DNA of 64,000 nucleotides from Candidatus Hydrogenedentota bacterium. GTDB taxonomy: Bacteria > Hydrogenedentota > Hydrogenedentia > Hydrogenedentales > JAEUWI01. The stretch is taken from NCBI GenBank assembly GCA_019637335.1, contig JAHBVV010000018.1, positions 64,107 through 128,106 on the forward strand, written 5' to 3'. A program made the translations under genes and the position numbers. Every line of letters begins with the position of its first letter. Position 1 is the first letter of the stretch. Positions 8,473-18,317 of the stretch are shown here, piece by piece. The notes under the pieces were generated by a model, which was not told where the DNA came from, ran no database searches, and saw only the letters and a list, made by a program, of their open reading frames with translations.

Positions 8473-11400
8473 TCAGGGATCGACCGCCTTGGCGATTGGG
8501 GTTTCGGGCGGGGTGGATTCGGGGTTTTGGGGTTCCGTTTGGGGGACTTCGGGCGCTCGGATGGTCAGGCCTTCCGCGCCGCGAAGAATGGAAAGCGCGA
8601 ATTCCCAGTCGCCATGCCGGACGGCGGTTTTCACGAGGATGCGGTTCACGCCCGCGCGCAGGGGGACCTCGATGCGGTCCTGATCGATCAGGCAGATGCG
8701 CGAGACGGGATTCTGGTGGACCTCCTGGCCGTTGACCCAGATGCGGGTCCAGCCGCTGCTGCCGTGGGCGAAGGTCACGGCGCGCTCGTCGGGGCTTTCC
8801 ACTTCGGCGGCGGCGTAGGCGGCGTGGTTGCTGAGGTGGCCGCGCCCGTCCACGAAGAGCCTTCCGGGCGACAGCACCGGGCAGATCGCTCGGGGTCCCA
8901 CTTCGCGCCAGCCGGCCAGGGCGGCGCCATCGGACTCACCGCGCAGCCACGCGGCCAGGGGCGCGTCCAGCGGGGCGGCCATGGTCTCCCAATCGGGCAA
9001 CGCCGCCGGATCGCTGAGGCGCCAGGCGTCGACCAGGCCGGTCCACAGCGCGATTTCGTGGGCTTCGTGCGCGGGCGCGCCTAGCGCGTCGGGGTCGATG
9101 GGTTCGGGCGTGGCGCCGGCGAGACGGGCGAAGCGGCTGCGAAGGGCGATCAGATCGGAGACGCGGTGATGGGCGGGGTCCGCCTCGATGAGCGAGCGCA
9201 GAAGCGTGTCGGCCGCGTCCCAGCGCTCCGGGACGGCATTGGCGAGGATGGCGTCCCGGGCATTCGCCACGCGTTCCTGGCGGGCGGGGAGCATCTCGGC
9301 GAAAACCTGGATCGCCTCGGTGACGGCGCCCTGCTTGAGGTGAAGGGTGATGCGGACTTCCGCGGCGTGATCGCGCACGTCGGATCTGAAGGCGGGGTTG
9401 TTCCGGGCGCGATCGTAGACGGCGCCGGCGTCTTCCGGCAGTCCGGCGTCCAGGAAGAGGCCCGCGAATTCGTCGACCCAGTTTTCCTGGAAGTCCGGGG
9501 AGTCGAGCAGGGCGCGGTAGCGGGCGAGGGCGTCTTCCTGTTCGCCGCGCGCGCGCGCGATCCAGGCCAGGTTGTAGTCGCGCTGTGCATCCGGGTAGCT
9601 GAGGGCCTGGAGGCGATCCAGCAGGGCCAAGGTGGTTTCGCTTTCCGGGAGCTTGGCGATGAGGTCGAGCGCGCGGTAGGGATGGCTCAAGAGTTCGGGG
9701 TAGCGCTCGGACGCGTCGAGAAGTGCTTTGGCGGCCTCGCCGGCGGCGCCGGACTGCGTGAGCCGGTAGATCAGATCGCCAAGTCCACGCGAATCGTAGC
9801 GGGCGGCGGGGAATCCGGCGACGAGCGCGGCGGCGGCGGCGCGCAGGTTGCCGAGGGAATGAAACAGGTCGCTGTACTCGGCGACCTGGCTGGCGCGCGC
9901 CCAGACGACGGGCTCCAGGAGGGCGGCCACTTCGGCGCGGGCGTCACCGTTTCCATCGGCGGCGCGGAGCTGTTTCGAGACGACCAGCAGGGCGCCGGAG
10001 AGCGACGGAAACTCGCCGGATGCGGCCTGTGCGGCGAAATCGCGCCAGCGCGCGCCCTCTGCGAGAAATCGGCCATAGTCGCGCTCGAACTGTTCCCGCG
10101 ATTCGCCCGAGCGGACGGCGTGGCGGGCTTCCATCGCGGCGGGGATTTCGGCGGCGGCCCCGCTTTTGAAGAGCACTTCGGCGTAGAGCATATCCGCCTC
10201 GGTGTCGCGGGTGCGGAAGGTCGCCGGCGTCTCCAGTACTTCGCGGGCGGCGTCGAATTGGCCGTTTTCCATGAGGAGCTGGGCCAGGGCGATGCCCTCG
10301 CGCCCGCCATGGCGTGGACCGAAGGTGCGCCAGAGATCCATGGCTTCCGCGTACGAGCCAACGCCCGCCAGGGAAGCGGCGAGGACCATGGCGGCCTCCG
10401 TGTTCGCGGGTTCGGCCTCCAGCACGGCGCGGCAGTCCGCGATGGCCTTTTCCCAGGCTTTCTCGCGGCGGTAGAGCACGGCGCGCTGCAGCCGGTAGCC
10501 CGCGTTTTCATCGTTGAATTCGATCTGGTCGAGCATTTCAACGGGCGCACCCCCGCGGGCGGCGGCCTGGCGGGCCTCGTTGATCGCTTGCTGGACCGCT
10601 TCCCGGGTGTTTTCGGACGGATCTTCGGGCCGCTTCGGATTGAGGGCCTCGCGCAGGGGCGGCGGGAGCTCGTTAAGGACGGCGTCCCGCCCCTGGGCGA
10701 CGCGGAAATCCTTGACCTCAACATCGAGCCATTCGAGCGCGGACGCCATATGCCCGAGGTGGGCTTCCAGGCCCGCGAGGAAGACGCGTTCGTTCAGGGT
10801 GAGTACTGATTGGGCTCGCGCGGCTTCCACGAGCGCGCGGGCGGCCTCGGCGGGGGCGGCATGCTCGCGGGCCTTTTCGAAGGCCATGCGGAAATGGGAG
10901 CTGAAATCGTAGTTGTTTTCTTCCCGGCGCGCGGTCTCCCAGGCGAGCTGCCAGGCGGCCTCGTGATCGCCCGCGGCAATGAGCACCCGCGCGATCCGCG
11001 ATGCGTCATTGAACGCCAGGCCCTCCGCGCCTCCCGCGCCCCGGTATTCGCGGAAGGCCCGGGCCGCCGCCTCCCAGTCTCCCCGCTGTTCGAGGTAATC
11101 CATGTAGCGCCGGAGGCCCTGGGCGTCGCGATTCGCCTCCCAGGCATCCCGGAGCGCGGCGCCCGGATCGCGCCCGGGGACTTCACTGTCGAAGGCGGAG
11201 GCGAGCATCGGCCGGGCGGACGCCGGGGCTTTTTCCAGGACGGCGTCCCGCAGGGCGCGAAGGCCTTCGAAGTCGCCGGTATTGCGGTACGCTTCGGCGG
11301 CGTAGCGCGCGTAGGAATGGTGCGGGCTCTCGTTTCGGTTAAGCCAGCTGGCGAGTGCGGCCTTCCGTTCCTCGGGCCGCCCGGCGACTTCAAGCAGGCG

Positions 11401-14400
11401 CTGGTATCGCTGGATCTCGCGCGATTCCTCGGGAAGGCGCTCCATGATTTCGACCGCCCGGCCGTAGTCGCCGAGCTGCTCGTAGATATCCACCATGCGC
11501 AGCTGGATGCCGGGATTTTCGGGATGGCGCGCGGCGATGGGGGCCAGGCGTTCGAGCGCGAGCGGGGGAAAATCGCGGTAGTCCTGCGTGAGTTTTTCGG
11601 CAAACTGCCCTCCGTACTGGCTGGCCTGATCGAACAGGAGGTCGATGGTCGACGTGGCAATGTTTTCGCGTTTGACATGCTCCTCGATAATGATCTCGCC
11701 GAGGTTTCGGTATGTCCAGTCCGATCTGGGCATTCGGGGGGCGATATCGAGAAAATACCGCTCGGCGGGGCTGTGGTAGCCAGCGCGAATCAGGCTTTCG
11801 ATGGCCTGAATGTGCACGTGCGGGGACGCCTGATGCTCCGCCTGCAATTTGTATTGGGCCACGGCCCCGTCGGGGTCCCCTTTCTTCAGATAGAGCGCGG
11901 CAAGCCGCTGATAGTCCCTGCCGCCACGCGCGGGATCCGGCTGATCCACGAAGGCGAGGGCCTCGTCCCATTTCCCCTGTTTTTCCGCGAGGTCCGACAG
12001 CAACCGGCGTATACCGGGCTCGTCCTGGCCGCCCAGCAACTTTTCGAGATCGGTGCGCGCGTCGGCGTAGCGTTTTTCATGCTGCGCGATCATGGCGGCC
12101 ATAAGCGCCCAGCGGCGGGCGTCGGGATCCGCCGCGCGTCCGGCCTCCACGCGGGCCTTGAGATCCGCCAGCGCGCCGGCCTGGGCAAAGCGCGAAACCG
12201 CCGTGGCGAAGGGGGCGCCGTGGACGCCCGCATCGAGGTTGTGCTCATCCTTTTCGAGGAAGTCCCGCCAGACCGCGATCGACTTGTCCCGCTGGCCGCC
12301 GCGCCAGTAGTAGTCGGCGATTTGGGCGAAGAGCATCTGGTTTTCGGGGTGAATCCGCTGGACGCGCTCCAGCATCTCCGCGGCTTTTCCCCATTCCTGA
12401 TCGCGCGCGAAGCGCTGGGCCAGTTCGTGCATCTGCGCGGGGTCGCGCGCCTCCTCCATCAGGCGATCCCGAAGCGCCTCCAGGTCCTCGGTCTTGTTCA
12501 GTTCCTGGTAGAGCCGCTGCAATTCGTTGGAGAATGCGCGACGGTTGCCGGGGTTTGCGCGGGCGAGGTCTTCGAGTTTTGCGAGCGCGGCCTCCTTTTC
12601 GCCGTTGGCCTCCAGGAGGCTGGCGTGTAGCAGGGCGATCTGGGCGTCGTTCGGGCGGCGCGCCAGCAATTCCCCGGCCTGCTTGAGAGCGAGATCGGGC
12701 CGCTTGTTCTGCGCGTGAATCCCGACGAGGGCCATGTGCAGGGTCACCGCGTTGGGCTGGCCGGCCAGCTGTTCTTCAAACGAAGCGATGAGTGCGGGCA
12801 TTTGCCCCGCTTTCTCCGAGGCATCCCAGAGCGGGTGCAGCGCTTGAAGGCCCAGCGAGCCGAGGTTCAGGTTCTGGTGCTGGTAGCCAAAACTCGGGTG
12901 GCGGGGGCCGAGCCGCCCTGCGCCGGCGGACTGGAGTTGCCAGGCTTCGCGGGCCAGCGTAATGGCCTGTTTGTGTTCGCCCGCGCGGGTATGGGCCTGC
13001 GACAGGAGGGCGAGCGTCTCCGGACGCCGGGCGCGCGCCAGATCTTCTTCGAGCAGGAGGCGGGCCTTATCGGGCGCGCCCCCCTGTTCGAGCGCGCGGA
13101 CGACACGGCTGAGATAGGCGGTGTTTCCGCCGAGTGCCATCCAATTCCGGTAGTGCGACACCGCCTCATCATGGTTATTGCGCGCGAGGGCGAGGTGCAG
13201 CCGCGCCTGGGCAATGTCGGCCGGGCGAAGCGCCGGATCTTTTTCGAGGGCGTCGTAGAGCGGCGCCATTTCGTTGTGGCGGCCGAGCACATCGAGGAAC
13301 AGTGCCCGGAAATTGATTAGCAGAAAGTCGCCCGGGCGCGCTTCAAGAAGCGAATCCACCTCCGCAAGCGCGGCCTCCGGGCCGGCGGAATTGAATTGCG
13401 AAGCGATATAGAAGGCGACGAAACCCGCCGCGCGGGCCTGCGCTTCGGGTGTATTCGCCGCGGTATAGGCGCGCGCCTCCTCGCGAAGGCGATCGATGAT
13501 CGGCTCCAGTTTATCGCCATCCGTATCCATCTGAACCAGGAATTGAAAGGCCTGAAGGCGCCCATGATCTTGTGGAACGAAATTCACCCCGAACATTTGT
13601 CCCAAGTTACCGGACGAGATCCAGGGCCGCCCGTCGATCCGGGGCATGTGCATTCGGGCAGGGCGCTGGGCCATCGTGGGCGCGGCGGGATCCGCTTCCG
13701 CGAAAAGGAGATCGGTGTACAGTTCGCGGGCGCGACCGATTTCGCCACGCATGCGGCTGGTCTGGGCGAGCTGGTTGTTAATCTGGCGGCGGAGCGCGGG
13801 ATTGAGGGCGGCCGCCTTTTCGAATTGGGCCTCGGCCTCGTCGTGGCGATTGAAGCGGCTCAGATGGTAGCCGAGCTCGAGGTGGAGATGCGGATCTTCC
13901 GGGGCGAAGGAGACAAGCCGGTCGACCAGTTCGGCGGCTTCCTCGGTGTCTTCCCGGGCGAAATACAGCCCGAGCAGGTGGAACATGGCCCGCCGGGCGG
14001 CGCCGGCGTCCTCGCTGGCGGCCAGCGATTGCGCGAGCGCAATGGCGCCGTCGATGTCTTCCACGGATTCCGTCAGGTGGACCAGGCGCCAGCGCAGGTC
14101 GGTGTCTTCGGGGTAGATTTCGGCCAGCCCCCGGGCGACGGCGAGGGCCTGCTTGTTGTCCCCGGCCAGTTCGCACACCGCCAGGTAGTCGAAGCGCGCG
14201 TCGATATTGTCGGGGTTGGCTTCGGCGCGCTCCGCGTACTCCGCGAGCAGGGTATCCTGTTCGCCGGTTTGCCGGGCGATCTGGACGAGCAGCTGGAGCA
14301 CCTGGCTGCGCATGGCGTCGAAACCGGAGACATTCCGGCCGCCCATCCGCGCAACGGGCATGGGGCGGAAGGCGGAGGATGACGTGTTCCAGCCGCCGAA

Positions 14401-17391
14401 GCCGCCCTGGCTGAAGCCGCCCAGCCTGCCGCCGCCGAAGCCGCCGTACGGCATATGCGGCGAGACGAACGCGGGCGCGAGCGGTGATGGCGCGGGGCTT
14501 CCCGGGGCGGGCTGTGCGGAGCCCTGGCCGCCTTCGGGTTCCGGGCGCTCGCCGATTTCGAGGATGCGTTTGAGTTCCGCCACGGCCTCGTCGGGCAGGT
14601 TGTTGTTGAGCAGTTCCACGGCGTGCTGGTAGCGCAGGTTGTAATCGTAGGGATCGATCGCGAGCGCGCGCTGGATGAAATCGCGGGCGCGCTCCAAATA
14701 GCCGTTTTCAAAGAGCGAACGCGCGACCATGACCTGCGCGGCGGAGTCTTCCGCGTTTTCCTCCGCGATGGACTCCCATACCGAGACGGCGGCCTCGAGG
14801 TCGCCCGTCCGCGCATGCGCTTGCGCGAGGCGATCCAATTCAAAGACGGACGGCTGGCCCGAGAGCGCAATGAGGGCGGTGTGCGCTTCCACGACCTTCC
14901 GGTAGTCGCCGTTGTCGTAGGCCTCGGCGAGTAGGAGCCGGAGCAGGGCCGCTTCGTCCTCAACAACGCCGCGGGCGCTTTCGAGCGCGGCGAAGGCGGC
15001 GGGGCGATCGCCGGCGGCGCGGTAGGCGGCGGCGAGCTCCTGGTAGGCCCCGAGATCGCGGGGCGCGTTGCGGAGCCGGTCCTGGAACTCGCGCACGATG
15101 ATGTCGGCCTGACCCATCCGGACATAGACCGAGGCCAGGCGCGATACGGCGTCGGGCCGCTGCGCGTCCTGGCTGGTTTCCAGCATCTTCCGGAAGGCGT
15201 CCGCGGCTTCGCCAAACTGGTTTGTTCGCAGGAGGGCGTCGCCGAAGTCGCGGTAGTAGGCGGGCTCGTCGCCATCGATCTGGATGAGGTTGCGGAATTG
15301 CTGGAGGGCCTTTTCGGCTTCGCCGTAGCGCAGGTAGGTCGCGGCGAGCTCGGCGCGGGCCTCGGCGCTGCCCGGCGCACGCTCCACGAGCTGCTCCGCG
15401 GCGCGGATGGCCGCGTCCCGGTCGCCGGCGGTGGCGTAGAGGCCGAGCAGTTCGCGCAGGTAGCCGTTGGCGCGGGCGGGGTCGGCCACCATGAGGCCCT
15501 CAAGGACGGCGGCGGCCTCGGCGGTTTTCCGGTTCATGCGGAGGGCCTCGGCAAGCCGGCGCTTGATTTCGATGTTGCCGGGGTCGAGTTTCGCGCACTC
15601 GGCGTAAAGGGCCGCGGCGCGGGGCCGGTTGCCCATGCGGCTGTAGAGGCGGGCGAGCCTCATGCGCGGTGCGACGGCCTCTGGCGAGGCGGCCACTTCC
15701 CGTTCCCAGGCCTCACGCCGTTCATCGAGCGTTTCCAGCGCGGCGTACGCGTCCAGGAGGCCCTGTTCGCCGCGGTCCTGAAAGAAGGCCTGATCCTCCG
15801 CTTCGGCCAGGCGCTCGAACAGCGGGATCGCGCCCTCGACATCGCCGGAAGCGACCCGCAGGCGCGCGCTGGACAGGACGTAGTCGAGGTTGTCCGGATC
15901 CTGGTTCATGGCGCGGTCGTAGAGCTTGAGGGCGTCCTCGGCCAGGTCGTGCGAGGCCAGGATGCCGGCCACCTCGGCGAGCGCCTCGGCGGGGGTGTCC
16001 CCGGCGGCGACGGCGGCCTCCCAAGCGGCGCGCGCGGCGTCTTCCTCGCCCTGTGCGTACTGGATGGACGCGACCCGGAGCCGCCACTCGCGGTCCGCGC
16101 GCAATGCCAGGGCGCGGGCGTAGGCGGCGGCGGCCTCCGGGTAGAACTCGCGCCGTTCAAGCCATTCCGCGTGGCGGGCGTGGTCCTCGGCGGTGGCCGC
16201 GTCACCGGCGGCGGTTCGCGCCCAGGCTTCCAGGGCCTTTTCCGGCTGATTGTGCCGCAGCCAGGCTTCGCCGAGGCGGCGGAGGAAGTCGGGATCGTTC
16301 GGGAAGCGGTCGATCAGCGTTTCATAAGCCGCCGCCATTTCGTCGAGGCGCCCGGCCTGTTCATAAATGCGCAGCAGCAACTCCCAGGCGCTCTGGCGGG
16401 TGGGCGCCCGATCGATCACGGCCCGGGCGGTGGCCTCCGCGGCGTCGGGCTCTTCCCGTCGGAGGTGGATCTGTGCGAGCAGTTCCTGGAATTCCAGATC
16501 CTGGGGGTTCGCCTCCACGCGGGCCTCCAGATACGCCACGAGCCCTGCAAGATCGCCCTGGGCCTCGTACACCGAAACGAGGCGGTCCTTCAGGTCGGCG
16601 TGCAGCCAGTTGCCGGGCGCGGCCAGCGCGAGACCCGCTTCAAACGCGGCGATGGCGCCGGGGTAATCGGGAATGGCGGCGCGCGCGCGGCCGAGCGAAC
16701 GCAGCGCGCTGCATTGCCGGTAGGGGTCGTCCTTCGCGGCGTCGGCGAGGCGCTCCCAGGTCGCGGCGGCGCGGTCCCACAGGCGGTTGGCCTCGAAGAG
16801 CTCGGCGAGTTCCTGGAGCGCGAAATGGTCGCCGGGCGCGGCGTCGGCGAGGCGTTCCCACGTGGCGATGGCCTCGTCCTGGTTTCCGGAACGGAGGTAG
16901 ACGTTGCCGAGGAGGCGGCTGAGGCGCGCGCGCTCCTCCGGCTGCTCGACGGACTCGAGGGCGGCGGACAACACCTCAATGGCCTCGGCGTCGCGCCCCG
17001 CGTCGTAGTAGAGCTGGCCGAGCATCTTGTCCAGCGCGGGGTCGCTTGCCCCCTCGGCGCGGGCTTCGAGGAACGCGGTGATGGCCTCGCCGGTACGCAG
17101 CTGGCGCGCGAGGATGCGCCCGCGCAGGATCAGGCGCGCCTCGTACGGCATGCCGTTGTCGCCGGATTCGAGGCGTTTCAGCCAGGCGTCGACACCCTCG
17201 GATACGAGCCAGGCGTCGTAGACGCGGTCGAAGGCCTGTTCCTGGTAGGGGTTTCGGGCGAGGACCTGCTCGTAGCGGTCTCGAATCTGCTGCTGGGCCG
17301 GATCGAGGGGGACGCCGGCCGGGGGATCCTGCGCGGCGGCGGCTACGGCGATCAGCAACAGAACGGCGCGTGTGATGTGCCGGAAAAACAT
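8473..17391 (-). CDS. Giant secreted tetratricopeptide-repeat protein (2972 aa)
   Basis: N-terminal signal peptide MFFRHITRAVLLLIAVAAAAQ. Hundreds of TPR-like A/L/Y/E/R-rich helical repeats. A central Gly/Pro/Phe-rich low-complexity linker. A C-terminal non-TPR beta-rich domain. Confidence 0.8.
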   Translation of the reverse strand: MFFRHITRAVLLLIAVAAAAQDPPAGVPLDPAQQQIRDRYEQVLARNPYQEQAFDRVYDAWLVSEGVDAWLKRLESGDNGMPYEARLILRGRILARQLRTGEAITAFLEARAEGASDPALDKMLGQLYYDAGRDAEAIEVLSAALESVEQPEERARLSRLLGNVYLRSGNQDEAIATWERLADAAPGDHFALQELAELFEANRLWDRAAATWERLADAAKDDPYRQCSALRSLGRARAAIPDYPGAIAAFEAGLALAAPGNWLHADLKDRLVSVYEAQGDLAGLVAYLEARVEANPQDLEFQELLAQIHLRREEPDAAEATARAVIDRAPTRQSAWELLLRIYEQAGRLDEMAAAYETLIDRFPNDPDFLRRLGEAWLRHNQPEKALEAWARTAAGDAATAEDHARHAEWLERREFYPEAAAAYARALALRADREWRLRVASIQYAQGEEDAARAAWEAAVAAGDTPAEALAEVAGILASHDLAEDALKLYDRAMNQDPDNLDYVLSSARLRVASGDVEGAIPLFERLAEAEDQAFFQDRGEQGLLDAYAALETLDERREAWEREVAASPEAVAPRMRLARLYSRMGNRPRAAALYAECAKLDPGNIEIKRRLAEALRMNRKTAEAAAVLEGLMVADPARANGYLRELLGLYATAGDRDAAIRAAEQLVERAPGSAEARAELAATYLRYGEAEKALQQFRNLIQIDGDEPAYYRDFGDALLRTNQFGEAADAFRKMLETSQDAQRPDAVSRLASVYVRMGQADIIVREFQDRLRNAPRDLGAYQELAAAYRAAGDRPAAFAALESARGVVEDEAALLRLLLAEAYDNGDYRKVVEAHTALIALSGQPSVFELDRLAQAHARTGDLEAAVSVWESIAEENAEDSAAQVMVARSLFENGYLERARDFIQRALAIDPYDYNLRYQHAVELLNNNLPDEAVAELKRILEIGERPEPEGGQGSAQPAPGSPAPSPLAPAFVSPHMPYGGFGGGRLGGFSQGGFGGWNTSSSAFRPMPVARMGGRNVSGFDAMRSQVLQLLVQIARQTGEQDTLLAEYAERAEANPDNIDARFDYLAVCELAGDNKQALAVARGLAEIYPEDTDLRWRLVHLTESVEDIDGAIALAQSLAASEDAGAARRAMFHLLGLYFAREDTEEAAELVDRLVSFAPEDPHLHLELGYHLSRFNRHDEAEAQFEKAAALNPALRRQINNQLAQTSRMRGEIGRARELYTDLLFAEADPAAPTMAQRPARMHMPRIDGRPWISSGNLGQMFGVNFVPQDHGRLQAFQFLVQMDTDGDKLEPIIDRLREEARAYTAANTPEAQARAAGFVAFYIASQFNSAGPEAALAEVDSLLEARPGDFLLINFRALFLDVLGRHNEMAPLYDALEKDPALRPADIAQARLHLALARNNHDEAVSHYRNWMALGGNTAYLSRVVRALEQGGAPDKARLLLEEDLARARRPETLALLSQAHTRAGEHKQAITLAREAWQLQSAGAGRLGPRHPSFGYQHQNLNLGSLGLQALHPLWDASEKAGQMPALIASFEEQLAGQPNAVTLHMALVGIHAQNKRPDLALKQAGELLARRPNDAQIALLHASLLEANGEKEAALAKLEDLARANPGNRRAFSNELQRLYQELNKTEDLEALRDRLMEEARDPAQMHELAQRFARDQEWGKAAEMLERVQRIHPENQMLFAQIADYYWRGGQRDKSIAVWRDFLEKDEHNLDAGVHGAPFATAVSRFAQAGALADLKARVEAGRAADPDARRWALMAAMIAQHEKRYADARTDLEKLLGGQDEPGIRRLLSDLAEKQGKWDEALAFVDQPDPARGGRDYQRLAALYLKKGDPDGAVAQYKLQAEHQASPHVHIQAIESLIRAGYHSPAERYFLDIAPRMPRSDWTYRNLGEIIIEEHVKRENIATSTIDLLFDQASQYGGQFAEKLTQDYRDFPPLALERLAPIAARHPENPGIQLRMVDIYEQLGDYGRAVEIMERLPEESREIQRYQRLLEVAGRPEERKAALASWLNRNESPHHSYARYAAEAYRNTGDFEGLRALRDAVLEKAPASARPMLASAFDSEVPGRDPGAALRDAWEANRDAQGLRRYMDYLEQRGDWEAAARAFREYRGAGGAEGLAFNDASRIARVLIAAGDHEAAWQLAWETARREENNYDFSSHFRMAFEKAREHAAPAEAARALVEAARAQSVLTLNERVFLAGLEAHLGHMASALEWLDVEVKDFRVAQGRDAVLNELPPPLREALNPKRPEDPSENTREAVQQAINEARQAAARGGAPVEMLDQIEFNDENAGYRLQRAVLYRREKAWEKAIADCRAVLEAEPANTEAAMVLAASLAGVGSYAEAMDLWRTFGPRHGGREGIALAQLLMENGQFDAAREVLETPATFRTRDTEADMLYAEVLFKSGAAAEIPAAMEARHAVRSGESREQFERDYGRFLAEGARWRDFAAQAASGEFPSLSGALLVVSKQLRAADGNGDARAEVAALLEPVVWARASQVAEYSDLFHSLGNLRAAAAALVAGFPAARYDSRGLGDLIYRLTQSGAAGEAAKALLDASERYPELLSHPYRALDLIAKLPESETTLALLDRLQALSYPDAQRDYNLAWIARARGEQEDALARYRALLDSPDFQENWVDEFAGLFLDAGLPEDAGAVYDRARNNPAFRSDVRDHAAEVRITLHLKQGAVTEAIQVFAEMLPARQERVANARDAILANAVPERWDAADTLLRSLIEADPAHHRVSDLIALRSRFARLAGATPEPIDPDALGAPAHEAHEIALWTGLVDAWRLSDPAALPDWETMAAPLDAPLAAWLRGESDGAALAGWREVGPRAICPVLSPGRLFVDGRGHLSNHAAYAAAEVESPDERAVTFAHGSSGWTRIWVNGQEVHQNPVSRICLIDQDRIEVPLRAGVNRILVKTAVRHGDWEFALSILRGAEGLTIRAPEVPQTEPQNPESTPPETPIAKAVDP

Positions 17392-17639
17392 TTCAGCTCT
17401 CCTCGCGGGGGTATGGTTCAGCCACTTCCTCCACTATAACGCATGCGGGGGGGGATTTTGGAGGACTTGTATGGGGCGCGGGGATGGTGTCACCGGTTGG
17501 TGGCGTTGTGTGGGCGCCGTCGCCCGACGCACTGTGTCGAGGATTCGGAATGAGAATGGACGGCGGCTTCGCCGCCTGGCAGGCGGGGACGCCCGCGCTC
17601 CCAGCCTTTGACGCTCCCATACTCGGGGCATGCTTTAAC

Positions 17640-18210
17640 TTGGTTTGGACGTAACAGTTTAGCCGTCTGAAGCAAAGAAGATTTTCAACCACGAATGAAC
17701 TTAGAGCAGCCCTGGGCCGCAACCAAAGAAATGATCACCACGAAGGGCGCGAAGCTCACGAAGAGAAAGAGAGACGAAGATTTGACCGCAGAGAGCGCAG
17801 AGAACGCATAGGGTGATTTCTTGTACGCGGATGGATTGGGTGGATGATCGAGAGGGCATCCTTAACCACGAATGAACACCAATGCACACGAATGCGCCGG
17901 GAGCAGCGGCTGGCCTTGATCAGGAGTTGTGACCACGGATTACACTGATGACACGGATAGAAAGGCGTTCCGGTCGTTGAGGCCAGGCGGCGGCTGCGCG
18001 GATCTTTGGAAAAACTCCTTCGTTGCGGCGAAAGGTTGATCTATGTTCTCTGCGGCCAATCAGGTTTTTCGTTACTTGGATGCTTGGCTGTGGGCCTGGG
18101 AAAAGGCTGGTTGAACTGAATTTCGGTTACTTATTCGTGTCCGTTCGTGTCCATTCGTGGTTCAACTGCTACTCAAATCCATACAGCTAAAGAATTACGT
18201 TTGGACAAGG
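17640..18210. repeat. Composite intergenic repeat element, copy B (same family as 837-1630 and 38100-38730)
   Basis: Module 1 gtaacagtttagccgtctgaagc at 17651-17676, with an inverse-like end gctaaagaattacgtttggac near 18187-18207. Module 2 atgatcaccacgaagggcgcgaagctcacgaagag (17726-17765). GCAGAGARC tandem units. Module 3 accacgaatgaacaccaatgcacacgaatgcgcc (17866-17897), with inverse copy 18134-18160. Module 4 tgtgaccacggat...gacacggatag...ttccggtcgttgaggc (17926-17982). Confidence 0.55.
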
Positions 18211-18317
18211 TAGGTCTGAAAATTCCGGGTCGCGAGTTCTCGGAGCTTACGCACGAACGCCCCTCGGCGGGCGCGTGGGGCGATCGCGTGGCGCGAAGGA
18301 AGGCGGTTTTGCGCGGG

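Noticed and set aside
18262-18290. Possible terminator hairpin after pckG (cgcccc…ggggcg).
   Set aside because: The stem is only 6 bp with a 13-nt loop and no U-tract. This is too weak to call.
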